From assembly GCA_036172245.1 (NCBI GenBank), contig JAYWIR010000027.1, positions 496,001-560,000 of the forward strand: DNA of 64,000 bases, in the 5' to 3' direction. This stretch comes from Raillietiella orientalis (taxonomy: Eukaryota). Position 1 is the first letter of the stretch. Each line of letters opens with the position of its first letter. Shown in pieces: positions 25,300-39,072 of the stretch. Made by a program: the position numbers and the translations under genes. The notes below the pieces were generated by a model. That model searched no databases. It had not been told where the DNA came from and was given only the letters and a program-made list of their open reading frames with translations.

Positions 25300-25480
25300 A
25301 TTTTTGTGTTGTTTTTGTGTTTTCCTAAATTTACCTACATCTTCTGTGCGAGCCACATCAAGCTCTTCAAGCAAAGCAGTGAATCCGAGGCAGACTTTTT
25401 TTTTTACTGATGGTGTGAATCCACCACGAAGAAATATATCTTCATATTTTCTATGACCACTTTTTTGTACATTGTTTTTT
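25300..25480 (-). pseudogene. hAT (Buster/Charlie-type) transposase N-terminal remnant
   Basis: RKYEDIFLRGGFT resembles the RKYxxxYLxFGF motif preceding the BED finger; downstream Cys/His ligands are degenerate. Confidence 0.4.
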
Positions 25481-25579
25481 GCAATGAAAATTTTTCTTGG
25501 CATGTGCACATCATAATAAGCGTAGGACGTCGAGCAACGTTTGCATCGTCAGTTCCGAAATCCCCGGCGAGATGACGTT

Positions 25580-25800
25580 GGATGTCTCAAGCGTATGCGG
25601 AACTTATGGAAGCTGGAAACTGGATGCCCCTATTGAATGATCGGGATCGGCTATTATTGACCCACCGCAGTCTTCCACTAATTGAAGAGCCGGTTCCTTT
25701 CACGGTATCCCTCAGGGTTCACAAGTAAGGCCGTTGACTGATCACCTAAATGTCAGTTCATTGATATGTTTGCAGATTAGGAACATGTGCGCTTTTTCTT
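25580..25800 (+). pseudogene. Small CR1/Jockey-like RT fragment
   Basis: HGIPQGSQVRPL (GVPQGS.LGPL-like) followed by MFAD. Confidence 0.45.
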
Positions 25801-28029
25801 CGGGGGAACAACCTTAAGAAAAATTCATAAGCGTTCTATCAGGGTTCTGTTGAGAGGAGTAGCAGCGAGAAGTGATCTTGAAGGTGCCTCCCACACACAA
25901 ATTATAGAGCGAACCACCCTTTGAAATCCCCGCGTAGAGTATGAGAATGAGACTCCCACCCAAGCGATCATGAAAAGAGGCCTTTCCTTGGGAGTTATTT
26001 TGTATTCATAGTGTGGTTCATTCCCTGTATCTTCAGCTGTTAATACGTAGTCTCCTGTGGTACAATTTTAAAACAGAACGAAAAATGAGCCTTTAAAAGA
26101 ACCCTTCATGAGTAAATAGCGAGCCATAAAATAGGAAACACACACAGAAAAGCTGAAGGTGTACTTTCTGAGACACTTCAAGGTCTATTTATTCGAAGAG
26201 CCAGCAAAACCCACCCGGGTTTGTTACTCTTCAGCGGCTGTATCGTTTGCTAAATGGCGAACGTGAGATGTGGAAGACAATGCTGGAAAGCTTCTCATTC
26301 GCACAGGGAGGAAGCAGCTCTTCAAACAAATCCGCGAAAATCCAGGTCATCTGCGAGAACTGGTCTCCAAAGTTCCTATGAAAATGAAAAACAAAAAGTT
26401 GTTTCCAAGAAGGTTTGCTTGAAGGTGTTCCATCTATCCAGCTCAGCATTGCACGAGACAAAAGAGCATGCAAGTTTGGCAGGATTGTTCACCATCGACC
26501 GTTTGACAACACAGTCCACCCTCTTGTAAGGATTCCAAGAGGTGATGAGTGGCTTCTACAGGCCCAAATTCTTGTAAGCAAAGGCGGCAAAGGTTAAAAA
26601 TTCAAGAACCCGTAGTAACTGCATTGCAACAGATATCTTCAAGAAAAATGCTCAAACATAAAGGGTCGCCAGCATGGCGCCCAAGGACTCGGGAGGAAAG
26701 TATGTTCCGGAAAGACTCCCTTCGACTAGGCTGTTATCAACAGTGGAAGAACAGAACCCTCCAAAAGCGTAAAAGAGGATATGCAAAAGCGAAAGAGAGT
26801 AAAGTCAGCAAACAAGGCGGAGCTGACTATCGATGTGGTGATTACTCAGAGTGCCCATGCTCTGAGCGTGCTATGGGATGCGGCAGGTGAACCAAATGGT
26901 TCTCAGTTATAAAAAAAACCAAAGGCTGAATGGAAGAATAGCTACTGGTGAAATCACAAGAGGTGAAGCGATGAGTTGCGAGTTCTACAAGGAAAAAATC
27001 CGTCGCGTACTTTCCTTCGAGAGTCAGCTCACATCGGTAGTCGCTCAGAAAGAAACCGCGACTGCGCAAAGAGGATTCCTTCCGGTGACACGGAATGCAC
27101 ATTAAAAGCAAAAAAGGATGGTTTTTTCCTCTTGTTGTTCCCGAAACAACACTCAAACATGAATTGCTCAAACAAAAAAGAAAAAGTCCACGGAAGAGTT
27201 ACTCGACCTGCAGGACGGACCGGTAGATGGTCCGAAACCAGAAATGCACTATGAGGAAATTCGGCATGCCAAGGAAGGCAGGGAAGCAGCCTCAGGCATA
27301 GACCTGCCATATTCTTTGCTGCCTTCCCGAAATTCGCGTGAACACTCTGGCCATTTCGCAATGCAAGTGACGTGACCTCGCTGCATTCTTCACAAAAGCC
27401 TCTGCGAGCATGGTCACCTCCAATAGCCACAAGCGTTGCTCTTGAGAGGCAACGATCGCCAAGATGACGTGCAACCTATCCAACGTTCCAATTATCATGC
27501 TACAAGGGGGATCCGTTGCGTGCATCCGTTGTTTGCAAAGAAAGCTTGCAGAAAGTCTTCTTCTGTTCTTTCCGGATGAAGCAGCTCTGAGGCTTGCTTT
27601 TGCCACACTTTCAAGAGGCAATTGTGGTCCAGGCGGACAGGCTCAAACAAATCCAACCTGCAAGAACAGTTTGAGTATTCCGCTACCATTCAAACGTGAT
27701 GTAGGCATTTCTCACGATTGCAGTTTTCTCGAAAACTATTCATTTCACCTAATGCCGGCATCTAATGTAAAACAGCTGCTTCTGCACTCAAGGAATTCAA
27801 TGCTTTCTATTCCTGACAACTCTCGATTATTCTTGCAGCTTGAGCTCAAAGCTGATAGGCCAGACGAGTGCCACATGCGCACGCTATCCACCGAACTCTA
27901 GACAGCGTCCACCCAAGCAAGGTCAACAGCCTGGTACGCAGCAGTAGCGGCCGGAAGCGTGGCAGGCAGTGAGCTGCTCACCGCTAACCGCTGATCCGCA
28001 TTCGACTGCGTCATCCAGGAACTCCTCTT

Positions 28030-29760
28030 GGAGCTCCTGGAGCGTCTTGAGCTTCCGAATCAACTCCTTCTGTTCTTGAGCTCTTGCTGGCGCCGCTGAT
28101 CAACTTGAATTTCAGTGGCTCCCGCGTGTACGGCGTGGCCGTGCGCAGAGGCATAAGACAGGGCAACAGCTTAAGCCCGTTGCTCTTCAGCATCTACTTT
28201 GAGTTGGTGCTGAGAGCGTATAGGCTGAGGCTGGCCGCCCTGCCCAGCGCCTCTCCGTGCATTCCGTTCGTGGCAGCATACGCCGACGACCTTCTGCTTC
28301 TGTTGCCCATGTCTACTCCACTGGAATCGGTCGAAGACTTCTTCGAGCTGATCCGTCGTGGAGCGGGCATGAGCGTCAACAGAGCTAAGTGCTCCGTCGT
28401 ACCGTTGGGTGCTTCGTGGGTGAGGCAGGCCGAATGGATCCGCCTGGGGATCCCCACGGTCAGGTACTTCAAGTACCTTGGCGTTCCGTTGAGCGATTCC
28501 TGCTCGTCAGACGCGTGGTCGGCCTGTCTTCAAAAGGTTGAGATGGCTCTCGGCCCGTTCCTGGAAGGCAATTTCGTCTTCCCGGAAAGGGCGTGCATAT
28601 GAAACACTTTTCCTGCCCCCCTCCTCCGCACCTTGTTTTTTGTTTGCCCGCCTCCCTATTTGGTGAAACTCCGGGCGCAGCGTCTCCTTCGCAAAGTCTT
28701 GTGGGGCGCTGCACGCTCCCGGGTTTGCCTCAAAGATTTGGTGGCGCCACTCCAGGACGCAGGCTTGGGCATCCTGACCATCAAGAAGATTGGACTGCAA
28801 GTGCAGTTCCTGCTTCTATCCCTATGTGGAAAATTGTGGTCTACTCACTGGTGTGCTGCGGCTAGCCATGTCCTCCAGAGATGTGTCGGCAGTGCAGGAC
28901 GGCTTTCGTTGCGGCCGCGTAACCTTCACCGGAGAACTGGATTTGGCTACCCTCTGAGGCATCTGTCCTCGTTGTTGTTAGCCCATTCCTGGATTTTCTG
29001 CCGCTCCTCGAACTGGAATGCTTGGCTGCAGGAAGATTTGGAGCACTGGATATCCACTTTGAATGTGCGTCCAGAGCATCTGCGACCTCTAAAGGTCCTC
29101 CTACGCAAACCGCTAGGAGTTATCCTACAGGACTGGTTGCTTTGGTCCCGGGTAGCCGTTTCACCCCTCGCCGCAGCGCTGTCTGCTCTCAGGGCAAACA
29201 ACGACAGTAGCCGACTGGCAGGATGGGAGTTCTCCTGCAGCATTGCAGGAGTGGAAAGACTGCTGAGAGGCTGCAAAACGAGCGTGTTGGTAGAGGCTGC
29301 CACTCCTCGTTACCGGGCAAAGGGACTCCTTCGGTGGAGTGAGCTTCTTGGATTACTTCCCTAAGAACTTCATGTTCCTCCCTAGTGCGTGAAAACTTTC
29401 GCGTTCCCCTTGAATCAAAATAGGATATCCTGCTCTATCTTCTTTGCGAACTTCAGTGTCGAACAGGCATAGCAATCTAACTCTCGGAGGAGCTGATTCT
29501 TCATACCGCTTCAGGTTCAGAACGATTGAATCGTTCCTCTATCTGCAGTTGGACTGCATCGCCCTCCAGACACTTTGTCGAGGGAGATCGCATTACTTTA
29601 GCACGCTGGAAACACTGCGAAGCACTTGACGAGTCCACTCTTCAGCAGAGCTAGGGGGCACGTCTGGTGCCGTTCTGGCGACTAGCTGCATTCGTGCCGT
29701 CGTTGTGGTGAGACATTTGCTGGAGTTTCGAGAACAGCGAAAGAAGGTCGCCAGTATAGC
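28030..29760 (+). pseudogene. 5'-truncated L1/Tx1-like element, family A (best-preserved copy; frameshift near 28600)
   Basis: ORF 28084..28602: RGIRQGNSLSPLLF, AYADDL, GMSVNRAKC, FKYLGVP. ORF 28633..29364: VLW...LVAPLQDAGLGI. Confidence 0.9.
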
Positions 29761-31149
29761 AACCGTATACACGAACACGGCTACCAGTTGGCATCACCGA
29801 AAAGAAAAATTCAAAAATATCGGCCGCATGATATTCTTCGCTTTTGCAAAAAAAGAACGTCCATCACCGACGACCCCAGTTCTTACCCCTTGTCTTTTGT
29901 CTGGGAAATTCACAGAGTGGAAGGTTATTCCGATAAACACAAAAACTTGCTTAAAACGTTTCGCAGAGTAGCAGCAGAGGATGAAGCCTGGAGCTATTGT
30001 GAAAACGTTCCTATGAAGAGAGGAACATATAATCGTGCTACGGCGACCATAATTGTCTTAGCAGGAATGACCCAGGTGAGTCCTTCTAGGCTGACCAAAA
30101 AGAGAAATGCTATTCTTCAGAATAGTAGGCTGAGACGAGGAATAGAGGATTGAAATGGCGTACTTGGTTATATGAAGATTTTGGCTCCAGGAAATCCGGA
30201 AATGAGTATGGTGCCTGAGGTAAAATTGGGTCTTATCCCAATAACTACATCCAGGGTCAATCAAGGTGTGGCGGGCTCTTACTGTGGAACCCAGCATGTC
30301 AGATCCTTACAGGCCACCAGAGATTTCTTTTGTCTTTGTTCTTTGGAAGGACCCAAATTTGAAGCAATTCCGAAATCTGAGTAAATTAGAACTGCATGGA
30401 TCGCAAGTGAGAACAGGCATGGCAACAGAATGGGGTCTGCTGGTGTCGAAGAAAGAGAAACTGAAATTACGATCGAAGAATAGTATGGTGATGCCTGAAG
30501 CAAGGACACTGCTGGTATTTGGAAGTCGAGTTGATATCAGCAGAATACAGTGATCTCTCACTTTTTGCTTATACCGCCTGATGAGTGAAATAGTCATTAT
30601 TCGCTGTGCAAAGTGAGATTGAACGATGACGTCATCGTTTTACCTAGAAAACACAGACAAAATCACAAAGCATTTGAAATATTCGTTCGCAAGAAAAAGG
30701 ATTCAATTTTTCTAGTGGAAGTACCAACTTTGGAATTGGCTCCACCAAGGCGACATGAGAATTCCAGTGGTGATGAAATGTTAAGAGATCTAACCCTTTC
30801 CTTTTTCTAGAGATATTACTGCTTTGCCAACGCGACTGCGATAGTCTTCGCCCATGGGTTGCCTGCTGTAAAGTTACCGAATCTTGGATGGGAACCGGGG
30901 ACGCTAGGCGCCAACTACGCAGAGATGAGGCTTCCGGCTGCAGAACACTCATTACAGGAGTCGATGTTCCTGCAGAGCAACTGCACGCCGACGTAATGAT
31001 CAATCATTCAGCGGCTCCCTCAAAGAAAAGCTCCTCGCACACGCGAGAACGTTGCAGTGGAATGTATGATGTATTTCGTCTTGTCTCTGGTGCATAAGAG
31101 TGATCCCCTTTTGAACTTCAGATCATCGGTGAAGAAGCTTACTTCAACC

Positions 31150-32300
31150 ATAGGGACAATCAGTTCATCCGAAATTCTGAAAGGTTCGCTGTGTCATCGG
31201 AAGCTGCGAAATTCCATGTACCGGATTTCCATCAGGATTTGCAAAGTCAGTGATAGCGATGCGGGTCAGCCTGTGTCCATTCAGCCTTGTCTCAGCATAT
31301 CCAGATATTCTAGTCGACTTCGCGTAATTACCCAGCCACACCCAAGCATTCATTCTCAAATGTTCTGTACCCAAACGTAATTCCTTGGCGTTGTTTCCTT
31401 CCTTCAAAGACTAGGGAACCACGTCCACTTTGTGGAGCCTGTGATCACCGTAACCTCGCAGAGAATGAAGGGTAGCGGCACCGAAATACGGCAATGAATC
31501 CGTTCCGAAGAATGAGTGCACTGTGCTTTTCTACACCCTCTTGCAAGCTGTCGTAGATTGTTCTATATTGTTCTATGTGCCTTCCTCTGCTGAGTGAGCT
31601 GAATTTGCTGTTCACCCTTTGCAGACCTTTTATTGAGCCATTTTCTTGGACGTTCCCTTCCGATGACTCCAATTTGCCCATGATTGCTAGAGTGCCATGC
31701 AGTGGTCGTGCATGAAAGCTGTCTTGAGCTTCATCGCAGATGGACCCTTAGAGAAATTCGGAGGCGCTCGTTCGGAATTCTCTCCAGACGAATAAGCACG
31801 AGATGTTCAGACAAGGGAACCATCTGGAGAAAAAATCTCTGGGTGACTTCGTCCTGAAGATCCCTGAGTAGAGAACAGGGGCGAGGTTTCCATTGAGGTT
31901 GCCACCCTACAGTATGAGGAAGGAACTTTTTCCCCCTTCCTGGATTCATTGCATGCTGCCTTCCCAAGGTACTCTGTGACTTGAAGAGTAAGCAGGCTCA
32001 ATTGGTTAAAGCAAACAGTGGTAAGGGACGCCGTATCCTTCCCCTAAGAAAGTGCTATTCTTTAATGTTCCTCGTAAGCAAGAAATTAGACAACTCCGCC
32101 CAAGAAGCACCTGTTGGTTGTCTTTCTAAGACTTCTACAGGTCCAATTGATCGAACAGCAAGCTGATCTACTCGGTCTTTTAGGCTTGCTACTTAGCGAC
32201 AGCAGAACACTTCACCAGAGGACGAACGTAGGTCCAAAGCCTTTTATTATCACTCTCAAGAAGCAGCCCTTGAAGCAAAACTGCAAGAATTCAAGACTTC
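31150..32300 (-). pseudogene. Decayed Ty3/Gypsy pol (RT-RNase H)
   Basis: Across frameshifts: DQLDL*KS (LDLxKG-like), FGTDS (TDAS-like), YRTFENECLGV (YSTxEKECLAV-like), NLSEF. Confidence 0.5.
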
Positions 32301-32529
32301 AGCAATTACTGCTGCGATTCTTATCAACATGGAGGCAAAAATTACATTCCTTCCAATACAGACTTCAGTGGGGTTCCAGCTTACCGGCTTGACATCGCAC
32401 ATGTCGAAACACGTCATACTTGCTGGGTTGTCGACCAAGATCACCATCGACGCTCTGACAGCCACGTATACCCTCTCAAAAGGAATTTAAGATATGAAGT
32501 TGTTTTCCTAGTCGGAATTTTTGCAGGCA

Positions 32530-32830
32530 AAGTCGGTGAGTTACGTCGCAAATTGAACCTCCAAATACTGTGGCAGCTCTACTGCAACGGACCGTTTCAA
32601 GAAAAGGGCCCAAACATGAAGGGTCATCGAAATGACAGCAAAGAACGCAGGAGGGAATCCAGTATCGGAAAGACCACCCTCGACCTGGTGGTTACCAACA
32701 GTAAAAAAGTGGAACCTGGAAATGAGGAAAAATGGATATGAAAAAGCGAAGGGACGCCAAGTCAGCGAAAGAAGCGGCGCAGACCATCTCGTGGTGAATA
32801 TTCAATCTGCTGATTCGCGAAGCGGCTGAC
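32530..32830 (+). pseudogene. APE endonuclease C-terminal fragment of a non-LTR element
   Basis: KTTLDLVVTN followed by ADHLVV (TLDL / SDH motifs) in ORFs 32553..32741 and 32632..32829. Confidence 0.55.
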
Positions 32831-35049
32831 GGCTGCTTAGCCTCAAGAGATAAAAGACGCAAAAGGAAACAGTTGTTACCCGTGAGAAAATAAGACAGAA
32901 AGCGAAGAACTCGGAATCTGCAGCATATAGATCCAACGCGCAATTTAACATTCGGAATTTGCAGACGAGAGAGGAGCAGCAGCACGAAGAGTTCTCCATT
33001 CGATGACACGGGGTGCTTGTTGGAAACAAGAGAGTGAGAGAAGCTGAGTAAACGAAATGCCTTTTTTTCGCTGCTCATTGTGAAGCAACTATGGAAAAAG
33101 TAGCAGCAGCAACTAGAGCGGACAAGAGAAGGATAAGAAAAAAATCCAAGATTTTACGCGACTTGGTTTCGGCAAAGCTAGGGTCTGACTCCACTTTCAT
33201 CTCTTCTTTACCGGCAAAGAGTTTGCCGGATGCTGCTTTCATCAAAGCATTCAGCAGAGGACTTTTCGAAGAGAAGGACTTGCGGGGACCAGGGTTAGAG
33301 CTTCTCACTCTACTATAAAGTGACTGGGGTTTTGTTAGGGGGCAATAGAGATCAGCAAAGCAAAGAGTTCACCCGTATAGGAGTGCGGTAAGATGACCTT
33401 TTTGCCAACATGCTCGTGAGTGGCATGGGCGATGTGAAGGACCGTTGCAAGGAGTCGGCACTTGTGCTGTGCCTGCGTCTCACCTTGTTGTCCCTGCGTG
33501 GCAAGAAAGTCTTTATTACAGCAATGGAAGACCCTTCCGTGATTTAGTCCCCCAACTTCCAGCTGGAAATCAGTCAACACGAACATCGAGATGTGTTGGA
33601 GAAATTCGCCACAGTCTACACACTCTGGATGGAGCCGATTCCTATCAATGGGTTCTGGTTAGGCCACAGTGGATTCGCTGCGGCTCGGCACACCATGCCG
33701 AATCGCAGGTTATTGCCTGCGCACCTGTGGGTGAAGAAGTCGAACATACATCTGTAGTACGCAGGCAAGCATCGAGCATGCAACCAGTGCTGCTAAGAGG
33801 GACATTGATCGGATGAATGCCTCCTGGCGTTCTGCGCTACTGCAAGAATCCGGGGCACACAGCGGTAGTGTGCTCCGAGATAGAAAACAAAAAAGCTGCT
33901 CGCTAAGCAGCGACGAAGATATGTTGCAGTGGCAACAGGAAAAGCTGTCGAAAAATTTGCAAGCACCCACGACACCGCACGCGAAACCAGAAAGCCACGC
34001 GAGGGAAGGAAAGCAAAAATGCCCGCGGCACAAAACAAACACTGCGGGAAATCTCGATAGATGAGGAAATTCCTCTCTATTACGGTGCAGATCGGGAAGA
34101 CTTCAGCGATCTCGTCTGGAGTAACGGGAGCTCGGGCGCCCGCTGTGGAGGAGGCGTCACACAAGTTCGTGAAGACCGCACAGCGTGTGCGTCTGCCTGC
34201 GAAACAGCAGATGCACTCGTCAGTCGTCGAGGGAGATCCTGGGTGACACGAGCAACCTGCTTTGGGTGTCTTTAACCACCCTCGCCCCGAGGCCGCTCTC
34301 CCTATGGGAAACAAGGAACACCGACTTGCCGACCAGGTGGAAGGTGACGTGCACTATCGAAAATAGAAGAGAACATTTGGATGTATGGACAGCTCGGAAG
34401 CTGACACGTGCTGCCAACCTGCGTTTCCTCTACGTTGGGGAGAGCCACTACAAATTTCTCCGGAGGAGACACGGTGGCCCTCAGTGGGCTGCAACGGTGC
34501 AGCCCTCCCCCGAAAGTGGCAGGAGTCGGCAATCCTTCTGCTGCATCGGGGCCTCCCGTGCAGCACCCGCCGACACCTTTGGACCCGGGGGAGTTTTAGC
34601 CCTATGCTCAGCTGGTGTGGCGAACGAGAGTCCCTGCTGGTGGACTCTGTGGCCCTCCGCCCCCTGTGAAAACGCTCTGCCGCTTCTTTGAGCATCATCA
34701 AGGACAAGCTCACACACATTCTGAAACGCCTCTTTCAGCGCAACGGCATCATGCCGGCCAGGTCTGTAGCTGCACTTTGCTAGCAACACGGGATCGTAGC
34801 TACGTGGAGCAACCATGTAGGAGGTCAGGGACGGCGTCCATTTTGCTGTCTTCTTCATGAGGATAGTGTCAAGACGTCTTCATCTGAGAACCTCAGAACA
34901 GGAACCTGTCTGAATCCTGCATAGGAAACGGAGGACGCCTTCCAGCATTCGATGGTGCCTTTCCGAAAACTCCCCATTTGTTGTGTATATTCTTTGTTTT
35001 ATCATTCTTCTTCGCTGTTTTCCCACGTCATCTGCTGACGATGAGAACT

Positions 35050-35230
35050 TCGCCGGCGTGCGTGCCAGTTCTCGTCAGCTTTATCTTCCAGTGTATTTAT
35101 AACGCCGCAGGACCAAACGTACTGCCACTGACCTGTATGTTCATAAACAACGCCTCCGCTCAACTGGGTGTCAAGGTAGGCGTCCCACCATCGCAGTGGA
35201 CTATTTGGAGTCAGCCGCGTAAAAGGCGAA
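35050..35230 (-). pseudogene. Possible hAT C-terminal dimerisation-domain remnant
   Basis: SPLRWW then (frameshift) MNIQVSGS and CGVINT, resembling PLxWW...L.IPA.S..ER.FS..G.I. Confidence 0.3.
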
Positions 35231-36499
35231 GGCTTTGACATTCGGCGCGTAGTTGACCGCTTCTTATGCGTTTGTGAGGGAAGATGTTTGAGCTCCGGGT
35301 TCAAATCGGATGAGAGGCAGGTGAGCGACCTGATGAAGCGACGGCGACCACGCCACCTTCTGTAATGGGAATCGCTGCTATAGCAGCGCCCCTGGCGGCC
35401 GTTGCGTGAGTCCTCGCAGCCATGGCTACGCACACGGTTGCTGAAGGAGCAATCGGCGAAAACTAGTCGGAGGTGAGGAGGAAAAGGAAAAAGGGAATTC
35501 TTCGAAACGCTGGACATTTCAAATCAGCAAAGTCCGGACCCAGACAACCGAAAAGAGGATTTATGGAGCCAAGACGTTGAACGCTTCTTCTAGCGCTCAG
35601 ACATTGCTACGAGGCTAAAGTCAACGGATACACACAAAAGAGACTCCGGTAAGAGCGGCCGCAGCAGCGGCTGCAGAAAAAACTGCCCTCTATTGAGACA
35701 GACCTCGGAGGTGGCTGCGCGCCAGGCGGACATGCGAACCGTTCGCCGCAGAAAAGGCCGAGCTCTGCCCGAGGGCCGGAAAAATGAGCCTCGGAGACAA
35801 TAAAAAGTCTGCGCGCGGCACGAAGTTTGGTGGCGGCCGATCCTTCCAACCTCAGTGCCGCCGACTGTCCACTCCACAGACCTTGCGCTACTCACTTTCC
35901 CTTTCCTTCAGTCACGCCAGAGCGTTAATCCGTTCAACGCGCAAATATCGAACAACGCTGTTCCCGGACAAATACAAAAAGGATTTCAGGGTAAAATGCA
36001 CCGACACTCAGGTCGGGCACTCTAGAATTCCAGAGTGGGGGGGGGGGGGGAGACAATCAATGATAAAGAAGGAGAAGCTAACGATGGGGGCCTTGGGCAT
36101 GGTCGCTTCTTTCGTAAAGACCGGAGCGGAAGAGAGGAACAAAAGAATCAATGACCAGAATGAAGGGGGCAGAGCAGGAAGAGAGTTCTTTGGCACCGGT
36201 CTCTCCTCCTTACTAAGGTCTGGAACCAGAATTTGGAGGAATAAACGAAAATCGAGGGAGAGAGGCACACGCTTCCTATGCCGGTCCTTCCTCCCAGAAT
36301 CGGCGCTGGATGGCTGCGATCGACTTTCTGACTCCTTCTTCGAGGTGAGGCTACCTTGCAGCTGTACGTACGTAGGCGGCTGCCAGATGGTGGACCCCTC
36401 TTCGCTGCTCTGCCGCCTCCGTTACGTAGCGGATCGTAACAATGGCGCGAATGCAACAGATTGTTGCGACTACCGCGCCACTTAATGATCCGTGGCGAA

Positions 36500-37845
36500 G
36501 GAATAAACGCCGCAGCGGGTCCTTCGCGGTGCCCTCCTGGAGCGGGACCGCCAAAGCCAGCCTCCGCCACAGCTCGCAGAGTACACCGTAGTCGAGTAAA
36601 ATGTACGAGCACGATTCGGTCTCCTCGCACCTTGTGGAGTTCGCTGAGACAGGTTCCCCCGGAAACGATGCATTGGTGCTGATTGCACTGAAATCCTGAT
36701 TGCAAAATCAGTAACACGTCCTGTTTCCATCTTAGACGGAACACCCAGGTGTCCAAACAAACAAGAGATAACACTGGTTTTTGGGGGGGCACAGCTGACA
36801 TTTCGCCCTAAGGGAGAAGGCTCTGCTCGATTCGGTGGGGTGACGGCATGCACCAGTTCCTTTGCTTCCCGCCGCTTAGGAGCTTGGTCTCGCCAGCAAG
36901 TGGCAGAAGACCACTCCCACCCCTCCGGTAGGCAACTGCCATTGTTTGCCCTTCAGGCAGAGAACTTTGAGGCAAGGGGGGTTGCAGTTAGACAATTCCA
37001 CTTCTTCTGTCCTGCATGACGTCTTTTAGAGAGTGACTCAGCAAAATTCGCAGGCCTCGAAGATCTTGAGGTAGTGGTCCATGACCCAACGGCCTCCTGC
37101 CGCCAGCTGTTAATGTTCATATGGCGGCAAAGGATCCAACGTTGAACTTACAGTAACGAGGCAAGTTGCCCCAATGGGAACGTAAATCCTTTCTTGGTGC
37201 GCTGAAAGTGCGGCAGCAACGGAAGCTGTTCTTCGACGCCGAAGAAGATGCATCTGTAGACACCAAGGCGTACACCAGAGTTTGGCACATAGTGCCAGCA
37301 TACGGAGCTGCACCTGCAGTCTGATTTTTTCGACCATCAGAATGCCCAAGCCAGCACCCTGGCTTGGCGCCACCAAGTCTTCCAATAGGACGCGGGACCT
37401 TGCAGCGCTCCACAAAGCTTTGCGTATAAGGCGCTGCGTGGGAGCTTGACCGAACAAGGGGCAGCAAACAAAAAACAGGGGGCGAAGTAGGAAGGCAACG
37501 AAGCTGCTTCTGATGGAGGTCCCTTCAGACAAGAGAAATTTGCTACCCAGGAACGGGCCAAGAGCACACTCTGCTCCCGGAAGCTTGCAGTCCGCCTACG
37601 CTTCGGGGGCGCAAAAATCGCCCAAAGGCACACCAAGGTACTTCAAGTATATCTGCCCGTGGAGATCTCCAGGTGGATATACTCGGACTGCCCCTCCCAT
37701 GTCTTTTCTAACGGAACGACCACGCTCTCACTCCTGTTGACACTTGTGCCCACTTCCCTACAGATCGGCTCAAAGAAATCTTCGATAGAGGCTGCCAGGG
37801 TGAGCAGGAGAAGCAGATCGTTCACGTACGCTGCCACATCTGGTG
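36500..37845 (-). pseudogene. L1/Tx1-like family A copy
   Basis: AAYVNDLLLLL..EDFFE...GTSVNRSESVVVPL and QRLIRKALWSAARSRVLLEDLVAPSQGAGLGIL are colinear with the 28-kb copy. Confidence 0.88.
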
Positions 37846-37949
37846 TACCTGGACATTTATTATGAGATTTTATTATAAAATTCTGATACTAAATGCCTCA
37901 GCATATCCGAGTAAAAAACCGGGACACGATCGGCGTCAGTCTATAAGTC

Positions 37950-38900
37950 TTCAGCACCAACCCAAAGAAGATGCTCTAGTATGGCCCATATGCAAACGGT
38001 TTCCTGCATCCAGGCACAACCGTTCATGGGCCGGCAGGAAATCCAGGTGTTCGCTTTGGTCAGCCTGGTCACTCTCCAAAGCTCCAGTCCGCTGAGTTAT
38101 ATCTTGCATCGGCGCCGGCTCGCCAGGAACGAAGACACTGTCGCGTTGTCCCAGATCCGCTTGACCAGGTGTCGTGCAGACTGGTACCAGTTGGTGCTTC
38201 ACATCTTTGCCACCAGGGCTGTGTACCAACGCGTACGGACCGCACATTTAGAAGAGTGTCCCCTATTGGAGCTGCAGCGTCAGGAGACCCAGGCATCCGT
38301 CGAAAAGCGGGGCACACAAGTCCTTCAGGCGGACTCGAGAACTCTCTATGCCCAGAGGGAGATTCTTAGGAGATCTCTCGATATTTGATGTTGCTCGGTA
38401 GGAAGCAAATAAAAACCAGGGGAAGGTAGAGGGGATCCACGAATGTGTTCCACATCGCTTCTTGGAACGGGGACAACTGCTTACTCTGCCTTCTGGAGGC
38501 AGCTGGACCACGCCTATGCCACAAGATAGTCTCCCAACGGTGCATGGAAGTACATGAAGTGCCAAACCGTGTAGATTTCCGAACGGATCCAGTCCTGCTG
38601 CCCTGCCCACGCCGGTCCAACTATTGCCAAGAAAGACTTCGCCGTGTTCACCTCAAGTCCTGTCTTGCAGCTTAATAGCTCGAAGAAAGCTTTGATCGCC
38701 GACGACCGAATGGACATGTGGAGCAGCAGCAGAGGATCGTCCGCATACGCTGACACAGCTGGTGTGTATGGACACACGCGTGGCAGGAGAGGGAGAAGTA
38801 GATATGCTCCTATAAAGCCCCTCCTTGAGAGTGATTGTCGTGTTCTTCCTGGGGAGCATCTCCATCAGGAGGACGAAAATAACGGAGCACCACCGTAGCA
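37950..38900 (-). pseudogene. Second adjacent L1/Tx1-like family A copy
   Basis: SAYADDPLLLLHMS...FFELL..KTGLEVNTAKS...WIR (ORF 38514..38777) is homologous to ORF 28084..28602. Confidence 0.82.
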
Positions 38901-39057
38901 ACGCTCGGGACATCCTCCAAGGACTGCTGTGGAAGGAAATAAACATTCCAGCGTGCTAGAGAGCACCATTCTGGACACTCCTGCGCTGCCGCGCCGGCCG
39001 CAGTGACCCGGAAGCGACCAAGGAGTCGCTAAAGTTAACAGTGTTTTGTTTCCTCCT

Positions 39058-39072
39058 TGTGTGTGTGTGTGT
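39058..39072. repeat. (TG)n microsatellite
   Basis: (TG)7T read directly. Confidence 0.9.

Noticed and set aside
36037..36050. G14 run as a functional G-quadruplex
   Set aside because: An isolated homopolymer with no supporting context; length unreliable.
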